Assembly (NCBI GenBank): GCA_017473435.1 | Contig: JAFULG010000002.1 | Coordinates: 42,664-106,663, forward strand | Direction: 5' to 3' | From: Clostridia bacterium | GTDB taxonomy: Bacteria; Bacillota; Clostridia; Oscillospirales; Acutalibacteraceae | Length of the DNA: 64,000 nt | Shown here: piece by piece, positions 30,901-38,500 of the stretch | Numbering within the stretch: position 1 is the first letter of the stretch | Layout of the letters: every line of letters begins with the position of its first letter | Translations under genes and position numbers: made by a program | Notes under the pieces: model-generated | Told to the model about the DNA's origin: nothing | The model's database searches: none | What the model saw: only the letters and a program-made list of their open reading frames with translations

Positions 30901-33900
30901 AATACGGTAATGATATTCTTGTAAACGGAGAACAGATTAAGTACAGCCGTGAAACCTTAATGGAAAAAGGTGAGATGTATTTTTATCCCGTTTATGAAGC
31001 AGTTGCCGGAAAGAACGCGGTAACATTCGGTAAAATGGTTGACGGTGAATTTAAGGCAGTAACAACCGAGCAGATTAACTATAACGCTCTTGTAAGCGAT
31101 TATACCCCCGGCGCTCTTGAAGCTGTCGGAATTCCTAAGTCAACAGATGATTACCATTATGTATTCGTTAAGTGGTTACCCGTTGGAGGTGGAGAGCTTG
31201 AGCGGAATGAAAATGGTGAATACATAATTACCGGTCCGGTACAGCTTTATCCGGAATTTGAAATTGAACAGCATACTTTTAAAGCAGGCGAGATTGTTAA
31301 GGCTCCTACTTGTCTTGAAAAAGGTTATGCAGTAAATGAGTGCACATATGAGTATTGTACTATAGAGCCTGGCTATATTGAGCTTGACAGAATCGCTGAC
31401 GAAAGTGCTCCCGAAGGTACAGTTTATATCGGTACAGAAAAGTGGACAATGAATAACTATACTGATGGAATTGACTACAGCGAAGACGAAATGGTTTATG
31501 TTAATGCAGGTTCTTCAACAATCGTAAACGCTGTTGATATCGGTACAAGAGGTAAGAACAATCCTGAAGCAAAGCTTTCAAGAGGTGTCGGTAAGATTGA
31601 ATATGCTGTTGTAAATGTAGATGATATTGAAAATTTTGCAACTTTCAATCCTCATACAGATATATCCGAAGGCTGGACAACAATTTATAATTACGAGAAC
31701 ATTTATAATTCAGTTCTTGAAGCTGTTCTTGCAAATAACGGAAAGAAGTTGTCAGATTATAATAATCTTGAAGATGCTCTCAAGAATAAAATTGACAGCG
31801 AGGTTAAGACTGTTCTTGCCGGATACAATGCTAATGCAACAGGTATCCTTGGCGGACTTAATCTTGAAAACGGCAATGAGTACGTTATCTACCTCAGACT
31901 TTCTGATATCGAAATTAACGGTGACGTAAATATTTCTTATATGAGCACCGGCAGACTTCATTACGGCACTGAGGCAGCTAAAATCACTCTGTCCGGTGAA
32001 GGCTACGGTACAAAGTTCTGTGAAGCGGTTACAATTAAAATAACTGACGATACAGAAGGCTTTGAAGCTTATATTGACGGTGAAAAGCAGAATATTACTG
32101 TAACATCAACAGGTGTAATTTCCGCAACCTTTACTAATAACAAGGTTGGCGTTCACACCTTGACTGTAGTTGATAAGAACGGTAACAAGTCAACAAAGAG
32201 CTTTGAAATCAAGAACGGACACAGCTACAGAAATTATACGGTAGCAGCAACATGTGAAAACGAAGGTTCAAGATATAACCTCTGTACAGTCTGCGGCACA
32301 AAGAATGATGTAGTTGCGCTTCCTGCAAAGGGACACAGCTTCACTGACAACTATACTGAAATTGCTCCCACTTGTATTGTCGACGGTACCAGAACCTATG
32401 TTTGTGACAATAACTGTGGCGAAAAGCTCACAGTTGGTCCTGCTTCCGGTGAAGATGAGCTTAAGGCTGTAGGAATTACTTCCGCTGATACGCTTAAGCA
32501 TCTCTTAGCAACAAAGACACATACCTATGCTAAGGTTCTTGATGATAATGGCAAGGAAACCTCTCAGGATGCATGGGTAATTGATAAGGCTGCTACCTGT
32601 ATGGTTAAAGGTAGTAAGCATAAGGACTGTATTGTCTGCGGCGCACGAGAAATCGAACCTATTGAAAAGGATACTGAAAACGGTCATAAGTTCTACCGTG
32701 CAAGAGTTGAAGACGGCGATGAAGCAACTTGTGTTAAGGACGGTATCAAGTCAGAAACCTGCCGTTACTGCAGTTATGAGAGAACTGTTGATACCATTCC
32801 TGCTCTCGGACATACCGAAGGCGAGTATGTAGTTACACTTGCTCCTACATGTACAACTGAGGGTTCAAAGGTTCTCAAGTGCACAGAATGTGATGCAACT
32901 CTGGGCGAAGCTGTAGTAGTTCCTGCAACAGGTCACAAGCTTGTAGCAAAGGATGTTCCTTTCCAGGGTGAAGGAACTGACACTAAATGGTATCAGATTT
33001 TTGAATGTGTTACCGATGGTTGTGACTATGAGGTAACAAAGGAAGTTGAACACGAGGAAGAGGCAAAGGGTACCGTAATATTCAAGAACGAGGACGCAAC
33101 TGTTGCAACCTTTGCAGATGAGACAGTTGGCGAAACAATACTTGCTTCTGATGTCGCTGTTCCTACAAAGACTTCTGATGTTGACTATAAGTACACATTC
33201 TCACACTGGGCAACAAGAACAGGTGAAGGTACTGAGGAAAGTCCTTATGAATACACGGCTGTTAAGTTCCCCATCACTGTTGAAGAAGGCAGTGCAACAT
33301 ATTATGCTGTATTTGCAAAGAAGAATATCAAGTACACAGTTACATATTATTATGACGATCAGATCACACAGTACAAAAAGGTAGGTTATCTTAATAACGC
33401 TGCTGAGCATAAACTTGAAGAAGGTCCTGAAAAGGCTGCAACAGTTAGCAAGACTTACAAATTTGTCGGTTGGGGCGAAAAGGTTGAGAAGGTTGTAACT
33501 GAAGAAGTAAAAGACGCAGACGGTAATCCTACAACTGTTGAAAAGACTGTTACAGAGATTGTACCTGTTGAAGGTGATACAGTAAAGATCAACGGAAAGA
33601 ATATTGTTCTTTATGCAGTATATGCTGCAAGTGACAGGTGTTACTCAGTTACTTATGCTGACGGTTCGGGCGAATTTATTGAAACCTTCTACGTAAAAGC
33701 AAACACAAAGGCTCGTGCTTGTGCAATAGAGCCTGAAAAGGATGCAGACAGCAAGTATCACTATACCTTCAAGAGCTGGAACAGATCAAATCAGCTCAGC
33801 AATGTTAAGAGCAATATTTATGCATCACCTGAATTCACAGCAGTGAGTCACACCTATCCTGTTGAAAACAGGGTAATCAAAACTGCAGCAACCTGTACAG

Positions 33901-35201
33901 AAAATGCAGTTTACACCTACAAATGCAGTTGCGGACGCAGCTACGATAAGGAAGAACCCGGTTCAGCTATTGGACATAGCTGGGGCGAGGCTAAGTATGA
34001 TGAAACAACAGGCAAGAACACTGTAACCTGTCAGATAGAAGGCTGCGGTGCAACTGAAGTTGATACACGTACATTTACATTCAAGTTCTACCTTGAAGAG
34101 CCTGCTGATGAAAATGCTAAGACTTATGACGATGTAAACAATATTTACTGGGGTTCAACAGTTGATTCTACAAGACTTCCTGCCGATCCTGAAAAGGATG
34201 CTAATGAACAGTATACTTACGAGTTTAAGGGTTGGAAGATTAAGGGCGATGAAACCGGAACTCTCTTAAGCAGTGCAGATATTGCAAAGCTTAAAGTTAC
34301 AAAAGATTATATCTTCGTAGCCGACTTTGATGAAATTGAGCGTGTATTCAAAGTTATATTCGCTTACGAACATTCACGTAAGGCTATTCAGGTTTTAACT
34401 GTGAAATACGGTGAATCCGCTGTATTTACCGAAGCAACTCCTGAAAAGTCAAAGGATACCGATCCCGGCTACAAGCCTAAGCTTAATCACTATACCTTCA
34501 AGGGCTGGTCAGCTGACACATCTTCAATCACCGAAGATCTTATAGTTTATGCTAAATTTGAAGAGGAAGCACATAGCTATACTCTTTCGGATACTATCGG
34601 AGAAGCTACTTGTGAAAAGGGCGCCGGATATGTGTTCACATGTAGCGGTTGCGGTGATTCATATGAAGATACCGGTAAAGCTCTCGGTCATGACCTTAAA
34701 GAGGTTGGTGTAGAAGAAGGCTATATCATTTATAAATGCACAAGATGTGACCATACAGAGAGCAAGCCTGTTGATGCTCCCGAGGAAGATGAAGAAGAAG
34801 TTGTAACAAAGGCAATGGCAACTGTTACTGTTCTTCGCGGCGATGAAAAGGTATCAGGCATTAAGGTTATTATCCAGCCTCTCGGTGAAGATGCACCTGT
34901 AATCGGCACAACAAATGCATACGGTGTTGCAAGCTTCGAAATCGATAAGAGCAAGACTTATGTTGCTTGGGTAGAAATTGAAGGTGAAAAGCTTCCTGTT
35001 TCACTTTCAGTTGGTGCAGACGGTAACATCAGCGGTGTTTACACCATTGAAGTTGCAGACAACAACGGTAATGGCAGCTGTGGCTGTGCATGTCACCGTA
35101 ACAATGTATGGGGCGCTATCTTCAGATTCTTCCATAAGATTATCAAGCTCTTTACAGGAGAATTCAAGTGCTGCGCTAACCCTGATCCCATGTATGGTTA
35201 A
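27981..35201 (+). CDS. Giant secreted or cell-surface protein (2,406 aa) with Listeria-Bacteroides-type repeats, His/Cys modules, a beta-sandwich domain and a Cys-rich C-terminal tail
   Basis: AAGGAGG (27966-27972) lies 8 nt before ATG 27981. The signal peptide is MKNQLKKSLSFVMAVLMILSCWVWVAPEKAEA|AG. At least 14 repeats end in Y-x-[YF]-x-F-x-[GKRQS]-W (YTYEFAGW, YVFDRW, YEWVGW, YTYTFWQW, YHYVFVKW, YKYTFSHW, YKFVGW, YHYTFKSW, YTYEFKGW, HYTFKGW). About 10 H..TC-x2-G-x5-C-x2-C modules are present. The track start 27804 is rejected. Confidence 0.9.
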   Translation: MKNQLKKSLSFVMAVLMILSCWVWVAPEKAEAAGAYTVVVTTGSQGNEYPNPAENQHYVNIYDKSGNYKQFNWVNAQDGKTGPEIFEVDYWPAKIGFHIASKNVAAVRITNISINGVEIFADAYNMKCTGAGTDVYVAHKDVVIEAGGTLESWTFSNWKAPYFKSLTEMSATDVDVVKYPSTSVSTSTVTVTGGLDQYGVLYDGTKPGTGYTHTLKYTTNLGDMVSLDSKYARITSASGASPVTVTVYPEIQKLFEVTGSTEIYLESYYNSDTKSVIHTPIMLHFPRYSAYFYPNGGTIGTSKTNNTSDDAKPLEYGNILYGAFIKQLPKYADRSSEGLELDGYYSQKYEPSRALKTHFDEKLKYDPDNSKIDDKGNSHWYAAWKAKTYKATFRVNTNMLGQLDAKHGKAMLDEGMYESVAAINSMLASAYESADKDAIKFENTANFGRAPVFEDNVFVGWRMLKSDGSLLDLQNEVITGDVVFEAVFATRDEAEKKYTTTFYDGNGGIAKQETLPFRSLAKAPVIADKEADVKYTYEFAGWAKNVGKKFYTVDAEGKDETGAFIPYMPYDTAEFVVTEDASYVPVFRMTKIPYKVTFNFRGNIGENYTTQSVVVDGYHYGDHITVPETVKTNYTYNGKRYNLTGWKQGLNEVDIDEITVTGNMSLNPVYDNGADAVYTIKFYDKDNNLIGAEYDDEGNLINATKYEYIHNASVTVPEIPITIETETSRYVFDRWSSEVAVQAKADAEYKAIYDKKDYADISFEKADGTPIYSMSGKENSQFVGDVIPEYDEETYGAPQKNADEIGSYEWVGWEDQNGNEVIPGTTVLTGNTILRPLYEITKHKYTVEFVIPGEEGNPDLVVSKETYEYRDKITVPADADVKKEADDYYTYTFWQWDPAVSENCYGNATYRAVFKKKPIYYTVKWLTDAKNLYRTTRVAYGKKIQQTSTPETERLGAAPTGYTWALKEWIRCNEYGNDILVNGEQIKYSRETLMEKGEMYFYPVYEAVAGKNAVTFGKMVDGEFKAVTTEQINYNALVSDYTPGALEAVGIPKSTDDYHYVFVKWLPVGGGELERNENGEYIITGPVQLYPEFEIEQHTFKAGEIVKAPTCLEKGYAVNECTYEYCTIEPGYIELDRIADESAPEGTVYIGTEKWTMNNYTDGIDYSEDEMVYVNAGSSTIVNAVDIGTRGKNNPEAKLSRGVGKIEYAVVNVDDIENFATFNPHTDISEGWTTIYNYENIYNSVLEAVLANNGKKLSDYNNLEDALKNKIDSEVKTVLAGYNANATGILGGLNLENGNEYVIYLRLSDIEINGDVNISYMSTGRLHYGTEAAKITLSGEGYGTKFCEAVTIKITDDTEGFEAYIDGEKQNITVTSTGVISATFTNNKVGVHTLTVVDKNGNKSTKSFEIKNGHSYRNYTVAATCENEGSRYNLCTVCGTKNDVVALPAKGHSFTDNYTEIAPTCIVDGTRTYVCDNNCGEKLTVGPASGEDELKAVGITSADTLKHLLATKTHTYAKVLDDNGKETSQDAWVIDKAATCMVKGSKHKDCIVCGAREIEPIEKDTENGHKFYRARVEDGDEATCVKDGIKSETCRYCSYERTVDTIPALGHTEGEYVVTLAPTCTTEGSKVLKCTECDATLGEAVVVPATGHKLVAKDVPFQGEGTDTKWYQIFECVTDGCDYEVTKEVEHEEEAKGTVIFKNEDATVATFADETVGETILASDVAVPTKTSDVDYKYTFSHWATRTGEGTEESPYEYTAVKFPITVEEGSATYYAVFAKKNIKYTVTYYYDDQITQYKKVGYLNNAAEHKLEEGPEKAATVSKTYKFVGWGEKVEKVVTEEVKDADGNPTTVEKTVTEIVPVEGDTVKINGKNIVLYAVYAASDRCYSVTYADGSGEFIETFYVKANTKARACAIEPEKDADSKYHYTFKSWNRSNQLSNVKSNIYASPEFTAVSHTYPVENRVIKTAATCTENAVYTYKCSCGRSYDKEEPGSAIGHSWGEAKYDETTGKNTVTCQIEGCGATEVDTRTFTFKFYLEEPADENAKTYDDVNNIYWGSTVDSTRLPADPEKDANEQYTYEFKGWKIKGDETGTLLSSADIAKLKVTKDYIFVADFDEIERVFKVIFAYEHSRKAIQVLTVKYGESAVFTEATPEKSKDTDPGYKPKLNHYTFKGWSADTSSITEDLIVYAKFEEEAHSYTLSDTIGEATCEKGAGYVFTCSGCGDSYEDTGKALGHDLKEVGVEEGYIIYKCTRCDHTESKPVDAPEEDEEEVVTKAMATVTVLRGDEKVSGIKVIIQPLGEDAPVIGTTNAYGVASFEIDKSKTYVAWVEIEGEKLPVSLSVGADGNISGVYTIEVADNNGNGSCGCACHRNNVWGAIFRFFHKIIKLFTGEFKCCANPDPMYG

Positions 35202-35220
35202 AATACAAAGTTAATCCTGA

Positions 35221-35256
35221 ACAGAGACTCCCGTTAAAGGAGTCTCTGTTTTTTCT
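35221..35256 (+). terminator. Rho-independent terminator
   Basis: Stem acagagactcc (35221-35231) pairs with ggagtctctgt (35239-35249) around a 7-nt loop, followed by tttttt. Confidence 0.8.
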
Positions 35257-35427
35257 TTGCAGAACATATTGTGTCTGTAGAAATTTGAAACACTATATAT
35301 GATTATTATATTTTTCTGTGCAAATATAATGAGAAAAAAGAAATAAAAACGCAGCAAGGAAAACTTAACAAATAAAAAAAGCTATATATATGCAAAATGT
35401 AGAATTAAAAAAAAATTAAAAAATATA

Positions 35428-35456
35428 TTGAAAATACTGACTTTAAATGATATACT
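35428..35456 (+). promoter_or_regulatory. SigA-type promoter candidate for the giant ORF
   Basis: TTGAAA (35428-35433), a 17-nt spacer, then TATACT (35451-35456) with an upstream TG at 35448-35449. An A-tract-rich UP-like region lies upstream. This implies a leader of about 127 nt. Confidence 0.55.
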
Positions 35457-35590
35457 TACGATAGTTATAGGTGTCTCTATGGGCGTTTTGCACCCTTTTT
35501 TAGGGAAAATCACTAAAAATCGTGCTTTTTTCCATAGAAAATCCTATTTTCAGCAATATATACAATCTTTCATTTAAGGAGGAAAATTTT

Positions 35591-38500
35591 ATGAAAGTTG
35601 GTAAAAAAGCGTTAAGTCTGCTTCTGGCCGTGATTATGCTCATGTCCAGCGTATCAGTGTCTTTCAGCGTTTTTGCTGCTGAAGGTGACATTGATTATGC
35701 ATACAGCATTCTCTCAACGTACTTTAAAGAACTCATGGTTGCTATTGACAGAAGCGAGGGAGCAATAGCAAAGGCAGGAGGAGCGGATAAGGCAGATTAT
35801 TCCGATCCTGCTTTTGATAGTGTGCCCGTCAAGGATGGCAGCAAATGGGTTATTAGACGAGACACTATAAACGGAGGTTGGGTTGCTGTTTCTCGAGCTG
35901 TGTCATACTATGCTGAAAACACAGTTGCAAGAAACAAAACTTACAACATGCTTGTTGACGATATGCTTGATGAATTACAAGCAGTGTCAGCAACGTTCCC
36001 TGACGGTCAGACTATCCAGGATTATGAAAAAATCCTTGGTTACTATCGTTTTGGTGACACCTCAGAAGGAGAGACATTCGGTACACAGGCATCGGTAACT
36101 CTTCAGATTGGTCATGGATTTGATCTTCTTGCATGGGATAGTGTTGCTGATATTAAAGCTGACCAGACATATTCTACAGCTGTACTTAAGTTCACCCCCA
36201 AAGGTGAGCTTGCTACCGGTTACAGCCTTAAGTCTGCTGAGGATATAAGCTTTACCTCAACAGATTATATTGAGGTTGAAGATAACTATGCAACTGATCT
36301 TAAGACAATTAAGGGTGTTCTTGAATGGTGTGTAGGTAACACTAAGGTTCAGCCTGAGGACTGGACTCTTGATAGCGGAACCTTCAAAACCTGGTTTGCT
36401 GCAGACACTCTTACTGTAGATCAGCTTGGTCAGATTACAAAGCTTCTTGCTTTATTTGATATGACAATGGGAATCGCAGGTCTCGGTTATACACCGGCTG
36501 AAATCTGGGATCACTATGTTGCGCCTGAAACAGGTATCAACAAAACATATACAGAAACCAAAGCCTGGTATGAAACCTCAGGTGCTCGTGCAGAGGCATA
36601 CTCAAGAGCAATAGCTTATAAAGCAGAGCTTGACACTCTTATGGCTACCCCTCTTGAAGGAAAGAAAGCAGCAGAACTTAATGCTGTCAAAGAAGCGATA
36701 GAGGCTGTTATTCAGGAAATGAATTATGATCAGTTCTCTTCACTCATATACGAAATTATCAATGAGCTTGCAGAAGATTATATCGGTGAAGCAACAAGCA
36801 CAGTAGATACTTATACTAAGAATCTTGGCATTAAAGTAGGCCAAGCTTACGCTGTTGAGGAATTGTCCGATAATATACTTACTAGCGGTGTATTGGGTAG
36901 TACATTTATTATTGCTGATAAGCTTGCCGAGCTTGCTGCTGCAGCTGACACACTGCAGACTATTGATGATCTTACAAAGGGTAAGACAGATGATGAGCTT
37001 AAGGATTTTGTATGGGAAGAAACACAGGCATATAAGGATAATGTTAACTGGCTTAGTGCTGCTACAGTTCTCTTGACTTTAATTGATAGCTATGTTATTT
37101 CCAATGCCGGTTTTGATGATCTTAAGGAAACAACTACCGCTTCCGGTAATGCTGTTACAAAAGAGAATTATGACAAGGTTAACGGTAAGCTGTCTGTAGT
37201 TGCTCTTGACATCTACGGTTCAAATTATTATGAACAGAAGTCTAAGATGGACACCATTATCAGCAAGACAATTCTTGCCGGTAAGGGTTATAATGCTATT
37301 TTTGAGCTTTCAAAGGAATTTGAAACATATTATACCGCAGCTCTTGATTTGAGCAAAGACACAACGATGGAAGATGTTTACAATACCGTATATCCCAACG
37401 GTATTGATCAGTATGCCGATTTTATACATGAGATGAAGGCTGCTGTTGCCGAAAGATTCTACAATCAGATGCTGACCATCGAAAACTACTTTAAGGATGG
37501 CGGTAAGGTTACATATTATAACTTTGAATCTATTATTGCAAGAGCTGAAGGTACATGGTTTGAAACCGGTTCCAAAAAAGATAACAGCGGCAATATGGTA
37601 ATATACTCAATTATAGGTAACTACCTTCTCGGCGGTGAAGAATACGGCATTGACTATGTAGCTGAAACCGGCGATTATACAATAAAGCAGCTTGAGGATA
37701 TGTATAATAAGGTCTTTGGTGTCGGCGGTTATTATACAAAGGCTTTGCAGTTCAAAGATGGTCTTCAGGCTCTTAAGAATCTTGCTTATGATACGAGCAA
37801 GGTTCGTGAAACTGAGCGCGATAAGAAAATTCTTGCTTACATTCTTAAAGCTGAACGTGTAAAGGAATCTCAGTATGGTTGGGAATCTTGCCTCGGCAGT
37901 GAATTCTCTGTTGACGAAATCAAGAAGTATGTAAGTGAGATTGAGCTTGCTCTCGATGCAGACGGTCTTGTTGAATATGATGGAGAAATCATCACAACAG
38001 GAAGTATTGAAAAGCTTATGACTGCAGCAGTTGAGGATCTTGACAGAATTCTTCTTTCAGATGACCTTGGTACACTTCTTAACGACCTTACTGCTAAGCA
38101 GAACGAAGAAACCGGTGAAACCACGGGCTTCCTTGGCGTGTGGAGCCGTGACTATACATTTAAGAATCCGGGTGGCGGAACAACATCGGTAAAGGCCGGT
38201 GACGAATGTAAGAACCTTCGTGAATTCCTTATCAACCTTATCGTTGATCTTCTTTGGGGCGGTTCACTTCAGACAACTCTCTTCACAGCACTTAACGGTG
38301 CTGTTGGTCCTGCTTGTTACAATATGGCAGCGCAATCAGCAACTGACCTTAAAGTAGCAAAGAGAGACCTTTGGTACTTCCTTCCCCAGATTCTTCATAT
38401 GGGTCTTCCCACAATGCCCCATGACTATGTTCAGAACTGGACGAACCCCGTAACCGGTGATACTAATAAAGAGATCAGTAAAATTTCTGATTGGACAATT

